A stretch of DNA of 22,625 nt from a virus: UHGV virus genome UHGV-0227363, one strand, 5' to 3'. The notes under the pieces are model-generated. The model saw nothing but the letters and a program-made list of their open reading frames with translations, did no database searches and had not been told where the DNA came from. Every line of letters begins with the position of its first letter. The first letter of the stretch is position 1. A program made the translations under genes and the position numbers. Of the stretch, positions 1-7,791 are shown piece after piece.

Positions 1-382
1 AAAATCCTTTCCCCGGGGCACGTATGCCACACACCAGGGCGGACTCTGGCGGGCGTATGAAAAAACGCACGGGATGCGGGGATGGGAATGCCTGGTTGAC
101 GGGGTGGCCGATATTGACGTCAGCATGACCGGCGAACGGTCGTTCACTGTGGTGGTCCGGCAGAGCAGTGGCCAGTGTACGGAAAAAACATTTTCCCTGC
201 CGGTGATGCTCTATCGCGGTGTATTCAGAACCGGCGAAACCTACCACCCCGGCGATACGGTGACGTGGGGGGGCTCGTTGTGGCACTGCAACAGCATGAC
301 CGGTGATAAACCCGGAGAAGCTCATTCATCAGGCTGGACCCTGGCTGCAAAACGAGGGCGGGATGCAGGAGGTGGAAAGTGA
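1..382 (+). CDS. phage structural-region protein, C-terminal fragment; C-terminus resembles a small carbohydrate-binding module
   Basis: Frame of ORF 74..382 has no stop back to position 2, so the gene starts upstream of the window; TGA 380-382 overlaps the GTG start of the next gene; Gly/Trp/Tyr-rich C-terminus (TGETYHPGDTVTWGGSLWHC). Confidence 0.45.
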   Translation, partial: KSFPRGTYATHQGGLWRAYEKTHGMRGWECLVDGVADIDVSMTGERSFTVVVRQSSGQCTEKTFSLPVMLYRGVFRTGETYHPGDTVTWGGSLWHCNSMTGDKPGEAHSSGWTLAAKRGRDAGGGK

Positions 383-705
383 CAGCATTACTGACACTGG
401 AAGAAATCAAGGCTCATCTGCGTGTTGACCATGACGCGGATGATGACATGCTGATGGACAAGGTTCGTCAGGCTACAGCTGTGCTGCTGGCCTACATTCA
501 GGGCAGCCGGGATAAGGTAATCCGTGAGGACGGTGAACTGATCCCGGGCGAGGCATTAACCCGGATGAAGGGGGCTGCCATGCGCCTGACCGGGATGTTG
601 TACCGGAATCCGGATCTTGCGGAGCGGGAAGACCTCGTGCAGGGGGAACTGCCGTTTTCTGTGTCCGTGCTGATTTACGATTTGCGTTGTCCGACGGTGT
701 TATGA
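379..705 (+). CDS. head-tail connector / DNA-packaging protein (phage gp6-like)
   Basis: 108-aa product with N-terminus typical of gp6-like connector proteins; GTG start preceded by GGAGG; overlaps upstream stop. Confidence 0.65.
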   Translation: MTALLTLEEIKAHLRVDHDADDDMLMDKVRQATAVLLAYIQGSRDKVIREDGELIPGEALTRMKGAAMRLTGMLYRNPDLAEREDLVQGELPFSVSVLIYDLRCPTVL

Positions 706-717
706 GGAGGGGGGGGG

Positions 718-1068
718 ATGGCAATATCTGCAGGTCGTCTGACACAGATGATAAGTGTTCTGAACCCGGTGTTAACCCGTAATGCTGCCGGAGAAATGAC
801 GGAAGAGTGGGTGTCATGCGGGAAAATTCATGCGGATATCCGGGGCAGGAGCAGCCGGGAGCGGATGCAGTCCGGTGCGGAAATGGCTCAGGCGGAAATC
901 CGCATCTGGGTGCGCGGTCAGTCCGGCCGGGAAATCACAGCAGCGTCACGACTTCATGTGCTGAGTGGTCCATGGCGTGACCGGATCCTGAACGTTGTCG
1001 GGCTGCCCGTGCCGGATACGACCGGCGGGCGTCTGGAAATTCTCTGTCGGCTGGGAGGGGAAAAATGA
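718..1068 (+). CDS. head-tail adaptor / head closure protein
   Basis: 116-aa ORF, ATG preceded by GGAGG plus G9 tract; size and position between connector and gp10-like gene. Confidence 0.6.
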   Translation: MAISAGRLTQMISVLNPVLTRNAAGEMTEEWVSCGKIHADIRGRSSRERMQSGAEMAQAEIRIWVRGQSGREITAASRLHVLSGPWRDRILNVVGLPVPDTTGGRLEILCRLGGEK

Positions 1069-1511
1069 TCGAAACCCTGCTGGATTTTTCGGGGCTGGAG
1101 GACATCAGCCGCGATTTGCAGCTTCTGAGTGGTGCGGAAAATAACCGGGTGCTGCGTGAGGCAACCCGTGCGGGTGCGAATGTGCTGAAAGAAGAAGTGG
1201 TGTCACGGGCACCGGTACGCAGGGGAAAACTGCGCCGCAATGTGGTGATCCTTTCCCGGCGCTCCCGCGATGGCGGGATGGAATCCGGTGTCCATATCCG
1301 TGGTGTTAATCCGGACACCGGTAACAGCGATAACACCATGAAGGCGGATAACCCGCGCAATGCTTTCTACTGGCGGTTTGTGGAAATGGGGACCGTGAAT
1401 ATGCCACCGCACCCGTTTGTGCGCCCGGCGTTTGATGTGCGCAGTGAACAGGCAGCTCAGGTGGCGATTGCGCGGATGAACCGGGCCATTGATGAGGTAC
1501 TGAGACGATGA
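1065..1511 (+). CDS. HK97 gp10-family head-tail joining protein
   Basis: 148-aa ORF, ATGA start/stop overlap with upstream gene; sequence pattern (FYWRFVEMGT..HPFVRPA) typical of HK97 gp10 family. Confidence 0.65.
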   Translation: MIETLLDFSGLEDISRDLQLLSGAENNRVLREATRAGANVLKEEVVSRAPVRRGKLRRNVVILSRRSRDGGMESGVHIRGVNPDTGNSDNTMKADNPRNAFYWRFVEMGTVNMPPHPFVRPAFDVRSEQAAQVAIARMNRAIDEVLRR

Positions 1512-1852
1512 CGGAGGCGGATTTGTATCCTCATCTGGCGCATCTTGCCGGCGGGCAGGTGTACCCGTATGTGGTCCCCCTGCTGGATGGCAGGCCGTCG
1601 GTGGCGCTTCCGTGGGTGGTTTTCAGCCTGATTTCATCGGTGTCAGCGGACGTGATGGGCGGGCAGGCGGAGTCCTCAGTGTCGGTGCAGATAGACGTTT
1701 ATGCCGGGACTGTGACGCAGGCGCGTCAGATACGTCAGGACGCCCGTGAAGCCATAATGCTGCTGGCCCCGGGATCCGTCAGTGAAATGCAGGACTATAT
1801 TCCGGAAAACCGCTGTTACCGTGCAACCCTGGAGTTTCAGGTCACGGTGTGA
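1508..1852 (+). CDS. tail completion / tail terminator protein (gpU-equivalent)
   Basis: 114-aa ORF translationally coupled (ATGA) to upstream gene, immediately before major tail gene. Confidence 0.55.
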   Translation: MTEADLYPHLAHLAGGQVYPYVVPLLDGRPSVALPWVVFSLISSVSADVMGGQAESSVSVQIDVYAGTVTQARQIRQDAREAIMLLAPGSVSEMQDYIPENRCYRATLEFQVTV

Positions 1853-1879
1853 CTTTTTCTTTTTTTCTACAAAACCATA

Positions 1880-1902
1880 CCCCGCCGCGTGCGGGTTTTT
1901 TA
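1880..1902 (+). terminator. intrinsic-terminator-like hairpin (cccgc-cgcgt-gcggg) followed by T6, upstream of major tail gene
   Basis: Inverted repeat 1881-1895 followed by tttttt 1896-1901. Confidence 0.4.
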
Positions 1903-1917
1903 TTATCAGGAGGCAGA

Positions 1918-2631
1918 ATGTCTGCTTTGTATGAACGCTCACAGCTGACGCAGGTGATGATTTCATCTGCCCCGGCGACTGCTGAAACTATGGATAAGGC
2001 GGAATATCTGCGCCTGGACTGCACCATCAAGGAAGTCCAGTTCACCGCCGGTCAGAAACAGGATATTGATGTGACCACGCTCTGCTCCACAGAGCAGGAG
2101 AACATCAACGGTCTGGGGGCGTCGTCTGAGATTTCCATGTCGGGTAATTTTTATCTGAATCAGGCCCAGAACGCCCTGCGTGATGCCTATGACAATGACG
2201 CGTTGTATGCGTTTAAGGTGCTGTTTCCGTCCGGTAAGGGCTTTAAATTCCTGGCGGAAGTGCGTCAGCACACCTGGTCATCCGGTACCAACGGCGTGGT
2301 GGCTGCAACGTTCTCACTGCGTCTGAAAGGCAAACCGGTGTCCTTTGTGGTACCGCTGGCGTTTGTGAAAAATCTGGATAAAACACTTACCGTGAATACC
2401 GGTGCGCTGCTGACAATGTCAGTCAGTGCCAACGGGGGAACGCCGCCGTATAAATACGCCTGGAAGAAGGATGGTCAGCCGGTTGACGGGCAGACGACAG
2501 ACACCTTCAGTAAGCCAGGTGCGCAGTCCGCTGATGCGGGGAAATATACCTGCGTGGTGACCGATTCGGCAGAGAAAGCACAGAGTGTGACGTCTTTTGA
2601 ATGCACCGTGACAGTGAGCGCAGCCGCCTGA
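1918..2631 (+). CDS. major tail tube protein with C-terminal Ig-like domain
   Basis: ATG 1918 preceded by AGGAGG; C-terminal segment (TLTVNTGA..PPYKYAWKKDGQPV..GKYTCVVTD) is Ig-like; upstream in-frame GTG 1849 rejected as start. Confidence 0.8.
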   Translation: MSALYERSQLTQVMISSAPATAETMDKAEYLRLDCTIKEVQFTAGQKQDIDVTTLCSTEQENINGLGASSEISMSGNFYLNQAQNALRDAYDNDALYAFKVLFPSGKGFKFLAEVRQHTWSSGTNGVVAATFSLRLKGKPVSFVVPLAFVKNLDKTLTVNTGALLTMSVSANGGTPPYKYAWKKDGQPVDGQTTDTFSKPGAQSADAGKYTCVVTDSAEKAQSVTSFECTVTVSAAA

Positions 2632-2648
2632 TAAGGGGATGGGTCATC

Positions 2649-3023
2649 ATGAAAAAGGATCTGAAAACGCTGGCGCTGGCCAGACTGTCAGGGTTTCGTC
2701 ATAAAACGGTGAAGGTGCCGGAATGGGGTAATGTCAGCGTGGTGCTGCGGGAGCCTTCGGCAGAGGCCTGGTATCTGTGGCAGGAAGTGCTCAATGGTGA
2801 TGGAGAGGATGACGATACCCTGTCGGTGGTGGCGAAAACCCGCCGTAACCTGGAAGCGGATGTGACGCTGTTCTGCGATGTCCTGTGTGATACGGATCTG
2901 CAGCGGGTGTTCACTCCGGACGACCGTGAGCAGGTGCTGGCCGTCTATGGTCCGGTACATGCCCGGTTGCTGCGTCAGGCACTGGAACTGATCGCTGATG
3001 CAGAGTCGGCCAGAAAAAAGTAG
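2649..3023 (+). CDS. tail assembly chaperone (gpG-like)
   Basis: Acidic ~125-aa protein immediately upstream of tape measure gene; ends in slippery heptamer. Confidence 0.7.
   Translation: MKKDLKTLALARLSGFRHKTVKVPEWGNVSVVLREPSAEAWYLWQEVLNGDGEDDDTLSVVAKTRRNLEADVTLFCDVLCDTDLQRVFTPDDREQVLAVYGPVHARLLRQALELIADAESARKK
3014..3020 (+). promoter_or_regulatory. -1 programmed ribosomal frameshift slippery heptamer A_AAA_AAG
   Basis: a aaa aag in zero frame at the last codons of the G-like ORF; -1 frame is open from 3017 to 3328. Confidence 0.65.
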
Positions 3024-3328
3024 CCCGCCCGGAAATTCGCTTTCTGATGCGACTTGCGCTCCGTCTGGGGCGCACCTTATCCGAACTGCGGCACAGCCTG
3101 AGTGCGAGCGAGGCGATGATGTGGATGGAGTTCGACAGGGTATCCCCGCTGGGTGATGAGCGCGGGGATATCCGTAATGCACAGATCGTGAAAGCGGTTT
3201 TCGGGGCACAGGGGATGAATGTTGCACTGAAGGACGCCATGCTCTGCTGGGGCGAGGATGAGGATAAGCCGGAGGTGGATCCGTTTGCGGCGCTGGAAGA
3301 CGCGCTGAACTTTGCAGCACAGTCATGA
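3017..3328 (+). CDS. gpT-like extension, expressed as G-T fusion (2649..3328) by -1 frameshift
   Basis: -1 frame ORF open from slippery site, continues KVARPEIRFLMRLALRLGRT...; classic G/GT arrangement before tape measure gene. Confidence 0.65.
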   Translation, partial: KVARPEIRFLMRLALRLGRTLSELRHSLSASEAMMWMEFDRVSPLGDERGDIRNAQIVKAVFGAQGMNVALKDAMLCWGEDEDKPEVDPFAALEDALNFAAQS

Positions 3329-3336
3329 ATGATGAG

Positions 3337-3358
3337 AACCGCTGAGGCGGTTTTTTTA
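3337..3358 (+). terminator. intrinsic-terminator-like hairpin (aaccgc-tgag-gcggtt) plus T7 between T and tape measure genes
   Basis: Inverted repeat 3337-3352 followed by T run 3351-3357. Confidence 0.45.
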
Positions 3359-3375
3359 CGCCCGGAGAAAGGTGA

Positions 3376-6300
3376 ATGGCGACGTTACGTGAACTGATTA
3401 TCAAAATTTCGGCAAATTCGCAGTCATTCCAGTCGGAGATCCAGCGGGCTTCCCGCATGGGCAGTGAATATTATCGGACCCTGCAGAATGGCGGGCGTCA
3501 GGCTGCCGCAGTCGCCCGGGAGCAGCGACGCGCCCTGGCTGAGCTGAACAGCCAGTTGACGGAAATCCGCGCTTCAGCTGCCGGAACGGCGGGGGCATTT
3601 GCCGGTGCCTTTGCCACCGGGCACCTGATTTCTCTGGCCGATGAATGGAGTTCCGTGAATGCCCGACTGAAACAGGCGTCGCAGTCATCCGATGAATTTT
3701 CGTCATCACAGAAAGTGCTGATGGATATCAGCCAGCGGACGGGCACGGCATTTTCAGATAATGCGGCCCTGTTTGCCCGCTCGGCAGCCTCAATGCGTGA
3801 ATATGGTTACAGTGCTGATGATGTGCTGAAGGTGACGGAGGCCATTTCGACAGGACTGAAACTGTCAGGGGCTGGAGTTGCGGAATCCGGTTCGGTGATC
3901 ACCCAGTTCAGCCAGGCACTGGCACAGGGTGTACTGCGTGGCGAAGAATTTAATGCTGTTAACGAAAATGGCGACCGGGTGATCCGCGCGCTTGCTGCGG
4001 GGATGGGTGTGGCCCGTAAAGATCTGAAGGCAATGGCGGATGACGGAAAACTGACAGCGGATAAAGTGGTCCCTGCGTTAATCAGCCAGCTGGGGATATT
4101 ACGTGATGAATATGCGGCCATGCCGGAAACGGTTTCCGGTAGTATCACGAAGGTGGAAAACGCCTTTATGGCCTGGGTGGGCGGTGTGAATGAAGCCAGC
4201 GGCTCGACGAAAACGCTCTCCGGCGTGCTGAATGGTGTGGCCGGACATATTGATGCAGTGGCAACAGCAGCGGGGGCGCTGGTTGCCGTCGGGGTTGCCC
4301 GGTACTTTGGCAATATGGCCTCCGGAGCGGTGTCTGCCACGGCAGGACTTGTGACGGCAGCACGTAATGAAGTGGCACTGGTGGAAGCACAGCTCAGGGG
4401 GACGCAGATTGCCACGGCGCGGGCAAGGGCAGCCGTGTACCGTGCACAGCAGGCTGTGGCGGCAGCCCGCGGGACGGAGATGCAGATTGCTGCAGAAGCC
4501 CGTCTGGCGGCCACACAGGAACGCCTGAACAGAAATATTGCTGCCAGAACCGCAGCCCAGAATGCGCTGAACAGTACAACGGCGGTGGGTTCACGTCTGA
4601 TGACTGGTGCGTTGGGACTGGTTGGTGGCGTACCCGGACTGGTGATGCTGGGGGCAGCAGCATGGTATACGCTGTACCAGAATCAGGAGCAGGCCAGGGA
4701 GTCAGCGCGCCAGTATGCACTGACGATAGATGAAATCGCGCATAAAACGCCGTCAATGTCTTTGCCTGAAGCCTCAGATAATGAAGGACGAACACGGGCG
4801 GCGCTGACAGAGCAGAACCGGCTGATTGATGAACAGGCCAGCCGGGTGAAATCCCTGCAGGAAAAAATCGCTGGATATCAGTATGTTCTGGCTAACCCTG
4901 GCTGGACAACCGGTGACGGATTCATGATAAACCATCTGACATCGGTGAAGACCGTAACGGAAGGGCTTTCTCAGGCAACAGAGCAGCTTGCCGTTGAGCA
5001 GTCCCGTCTGGCACAGATGCAGGAAAAAGCGCAGTCCATTCAGGATGTGCTTGCCGGGCTGGAAGACCGTCGTGTGGCGTTAATTCGTCAGCAGGCGGCA
5101 GAGCAGAATAAGGTGTACCAGTCCATGCTGGTTATGAACGGTCAGCATACGGAATTCAACCGTCTGCTGGGGCTGGGGAATGAACTGCTTCAGCAGCGGC
5201 AGGGACTGGTGAATGTGCCGTTACGGCTGCCACAGACCACTCTGGATAATAAACAGCAGAGCGCCCTGACAAAAACAGAGCGTGAGCTGGCCCTGTCCAG
5301 ACTGAAAGGGGAAGAAAAAGAGCGTGCCCGGCTGGGGTATGCGGCCGATGACCTCGGTTTTGTGGGGGATTCGTATCAGGAGGCGAGACAGCGTTATATC
5401 AGTAATGCTCTGGAAGCCTGGCGTAATAACGAGGCGAACAAACCTAAATCCCGGGGTGGAAAATCAGAGACGGAAAAAGCGGAAGACAGTTTTTCCCGGC
5501 TACTGAAACAGCAGAAAGAGCAACTGGCACTGGCGGGTCAGAATACAGAACTGGCGAAGCTGAAGTACCAGACTGCGCAGGGAGAACTGAAAACCCTGAC
5601 GGAGATGCAGAAGCAGGAACTGCTGCGTAACGCGGCCCTGATTGACCAGCAAAAAATCCGGGAACAGTTGCGATCCCGGGAAGAGACCCTGAAGAATGAT
5701 AATGTGGCTGCGCGTGCATCAAATGAAGCCGAACTGCTGGGGTACGGGCAGGGAGAACGAGCCAGGGAACGCATGCGGGAGTTGCAGCAGATCCGCGACA
5801 GCTTCCGCCAGAAGGATGCGGACCTTCAGTCTCAGTATCAGACCGGGGATATCAGTGAGGATTTTTACAGACAGGCACGGGCACAGAACGCGCAGTATCT
5901 GAGCGAACGCCTTAAGGACCAGGCAGCCTTTTATGCCGAATCGGATGCGCAGCGTGCGGACTGGCAGAAAGGCTTGCAGGAGGGGCTCAGTAACTGGGTG
6001 GACAATGCATCCGATTACGCCTCTCAGGCAGCACAGCTGGCAACGGAGGGGATTTCAGGACTGGTGAATAACATCACGGAGATGCTGAACGGAAACAAAG
6101 TGGAATGGCGCAACTGGGCCTCATCCGTACTGCAGGAAATCTCAAAAGTTCTTATGAATGCCGCGATTGTCAACGGAATTAAGACGGCGGCAAACGGTAT
6201 GTCCGGTGCGGGAGGATTTATTGGCAGCATTGGTGACTGGCTGGGCGGTGCGGTGGCCAATGCAAAAGGCGGCGTGTATACCTCGGCAAACCTGAGTGCG

Positions 6301-6618
6301 TACAGCAACAGCATTGTGGACACGCCCACGTACTTTGCGTTTGCAAAAGGGGCCGGGCTGATGGGGGAAGCCGGACCTGAAGCCATTATGCCCCTGACCC
6401 GGGCGGCGGATGGCTCGCTGGGCGTACGCGCGGTGGGCAGTATGAACGGCAGTGCCGGTCTGGTGTATTCCCCGGTCTACCACATCGCCATTCAGAATGA
6501 CGGGGCTAACGGACAGATAGGGCCGGAGGCGGCAGGCAGTCTTGTGCAGCTGATTGACCAGCGGGTGCAGGCGGTGATGCTGTCCATGCGACGTGACGGA
6601 GGAATGCTGAGTGGCTGA
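3376..6618 (+). CDS. tail tape measure protein (1080 aa)
   Basis: Long Ala/Gln-rich coiled-coil-like ORF after G/T; C-terminus resembles lambda gpH C-terminus. Confidence 0.85.
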   Translation: MATLRELIIKISANSQSFQSEIQRASRMGSEYYRTLQNGGRQAAAVAREQRRALAELNSQLTEIRASAAGTAGAFAGAFATGHLISLADEWSSVNARLKQASQSSDEFSSSQKVLMDISQRTGTAFSDNAALFARSAASMREYGYSADDVLKVTEAISTGLKLSGAGVAESGSVITQFSQALAQGVLRGEEFNAVNENGDRVIRALAAGMGVARKDLKAMADDGKLTADKVVPALISQLGILRDEYAAMPETVSGSITKVENAFMAWVGGVNEASGSTKTLSGVLNGVAGHIDAVATAAGALVAVGVARYFGNMASGAVSATAGLVTAARNEVALVEAQLRGTQIATARARAAVYRAQQAVAAARGTEMQIAAEARLAATQERLNRNIAARTAAQNALNSTTAVGSRLMTGALGLVGGVPGLVMLGAAAWYTLYQNQEQARESARQYALTIDEIAHKTPSMSLPEASDNEGRTRAALTEQNRLIDEQASRVKSLQEKIAGYQYVLANPGWTTGDGFMINHLTSVKTVTEGLSQATEQLAVEQSRLAQMQEKAQSIQDVLAGLEDRRVALIRQQAAEQNKVYQSMLVMNGQHTEFNRLLGLGNELLQQRQGLVNVPLRLPQTTLDNKQQSALTKTERELALSRLKGEEKERARLGYAADDLGFVGDSYQEARQRYISNALEAWRNNEANKPKSRGGKSETEKAEDSFSRLLKQQKEQLALAGQNTELAKLKYQTAQGELKTLTEMQKQELLRNAALIDQQKIREQLRSREETLKNDNVAARASNEAELLGYGQGERARERMRELQQIRDSFRQKDADLQSQYQTGDISEDFYRQARAQNAQYLSERLKDQAAFYAESDAQRADWQKGLQEGLSNWVDNASDYASQAAQLATEGISGLVNNITEMLNGNKVEWRNWASSVLQEISKVLMNAAIVNGIKTAANGMSGAGGFIGSIGDWLGGAVANAKGGVYTSANLSAYSNSIVDTPTYFAFAKGAGLMGEAGPEAIMPLTRAADGSLGVRAVGSMNGSAGLVYSPVYHIAIQNDGANGQIGPEAAGSLVQLIDQRVQAVMLSMRRDGGMLSG

Positions 6619-6952
6619 GATAAAAACGCTGCATCTGGTCCCGCGTGAAGGGATGCAGGTGAGTGAGAAACCGTCGGTGGTGAGGGTTCGGTTTGGTGAC
6701 GGTTATGAACAGCGCCGACCGACGGGACTTAATGCCAGACTGAAGACGTTTCAGGCGGTGTTCCGGGTGACGGATGAACCAACCCGGCGCTGGCTGGATG
6801 AATTTTTATCCTGGCATGGTGGTTACCGTGCCTTTTTGTGGCGACCGCCGAAACATAACCGGACGGTGAGGGTGGTATGCCGGGAGTGGAGCGTCACAGA
6901 TAACGCCAGGTACAGTGATTTCAGTTGTACGATTGAGCAGGTGGTGAACTGA
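6611..6952 (+). CDS. M: minor tail protein M
   Basis: 113 aa, GTG start overlapping tape measure stop; resembles lambda gpM (VRFGDGYEQR...GGYRAFLW...EQVVN). Confidence 0.8.
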   Translation: MAEIKTLHLVPREGMQVSEKPSVVRVRFGDGYEQRRPTGLNARLKTFQAVFRVTDEPTRRWLDEFLSWHGGYRAFLWRPPKHNRTVRVVCREWSVTDNARYSDFSCTIEQVVN

Positions 6953-7035
6953 TGCAGGATATTCACGAAGAAAGTCTGAACGAGTCGGTTAAATCAGAGC
7001 AGTCACCGCGGGTGGTACTCTGGGAAATCGACCTG
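6936..7035. repeat. left arm of 100-bp inverted repeat (gpM 3' end plus gpL codons 1-28)
   Basis: Reverse complement of 7379..7478 with 2 mismatches (cac/cgc and aaa/aag), aligned by eye. Confidence 0.85.
6952..7035 (+). pseudogene. L: minor tail protein L, 5' fragment (first 28 codons only)
   Basis: MQDIHEESLNESVKSEQSPRVVLWEIDL matches the gpL N-terminus; after 7035 the frame reads the reverse complement of the opposing L gene. Confidence 0.7.
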
Positions 7036-7462
7036 GCTGCGACATCTGCTCCACCACCCAGCGGTCACTCAGCTCCTGCTCCGGGTCCGCCTCCGGATTG
7101 CCCGCAACGAAATTCACCGCATCCAGAAAACGGGCATACACCCGGCGGCGGACCACCGTGGCCCCCACCAGACTCTGCAGGTCTTCCGCCATCCCGGTGA
7201 CCAGACCGAACAGATTGGACACCGTCAGCGACGGTCTGGCACTGCTGCCCCGGCCGTTCATCTCAAAGCCGCTGCCGTCAATCGGGTATGCCTCATACTT
7301 ACGCCCCTGCCAGGTGACCGGCTCCCCTTTTTCATTCAGCTCATTACAGAAAAAATACCGCTCACCACCCTGTACCGTCAGGTCGATTTCCCAGAGTACC
7401 ACCCGCGGTGACTGCTCTGACTTAACCGACTCGTTCAGACTTTCTTCGCGAATATCCTGCAT
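6989..7462 (-). pseudogene. L: minor tail protein L, truncated (L-like to about codon 140, then reads through the inverted repeat)
   Basis: N-terminal ~140 aa resemble lambda gpL (ERYFFCNE..VTWQGR..VRRRVYARFLDAVNFV); last 18 codons are antisense of the + strand L fragment. Confidence 0.75.
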
Positions 7463-7478
7463 CAGTTCACCACCTGCT
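7379..7478. repeat. right arm of 100-bp inverted repeat (gpL codons 1-28 plus gpM 3' end, - strand)
   Basis: Reverse complement of 6936..7035. Confidence 0.85.
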
Positions 7479-7791
7479 TAAACTCCGCGCTGAACTCAAC
7501 GCGCAACATCCCGACCCGCGCAGACCACCCGGCACAGGTCACCTTTATCTGCCGGTATGCATAGGGTGGCTTCCACAAAAATGCCTTCCAGCCACCGTGC
7601 TCTGCCAGGAACGCTTCCAGATGCCGGGCCTCCTCCCGGGTCACGGAAAGCGTCACCCTGTATGTTTTCAGGTCAGCATTCAGCCCTGCCGCCATACGCT
7701 GTGAGTACCCGTCACCAAAACGCACTTCACGCACCGATGGCTGCGAGTTCACCTCCATATCCGGCTTCACTTTCCAGCGAAAGGTTTTCAT
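7462..7791 (-). CDS. M: minor tail protein M
   Basis: 109 aa, MKTFRWKVKP...; closely resembles lambda gpM as recalled. Confidence 0.85.
   Translation of the reverse strand: MKTFRWKVKPDMEVNSQPSVREVRFGDGYSQRMAAGLNADLKTYRVTLSVTREEARHLEAFLAEHGGWKAFLWKPPYAYRQIKVTCAGWSARVGMLRVEFSAEFKQVVN

Noticed and set aside
1849-2648. Longer ORF-track starts for the major tail gene (1849) and chaperone gene (2601)
   Set aside because: 1849 is a GTG inside the terminator-like hairpin region with no RBS, while ATG 1918 has AGGAGG. 2601 lies inside the major tail gene, and ATG 2649 gives the typical compact G protein.
3401-6483. Multiple - strand ORFs (for example 3807..4514, 4394..4795, 6024..6386, 6142..6483) inside the + strand tape measure gene
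   Set aside because: Antisense shadow ORFs within a long GC-rich coding region; Pro/Ala/Arg-rich low-complexity translations with no start context.
6952-7481. ORF-track extension of the + strand L fragment to 7200 and + strand ORF 7098..7481
   Set aside because: Beyond codon 28 the + frame is the reverse complement of the opposing L gene; these are junction artefacts.
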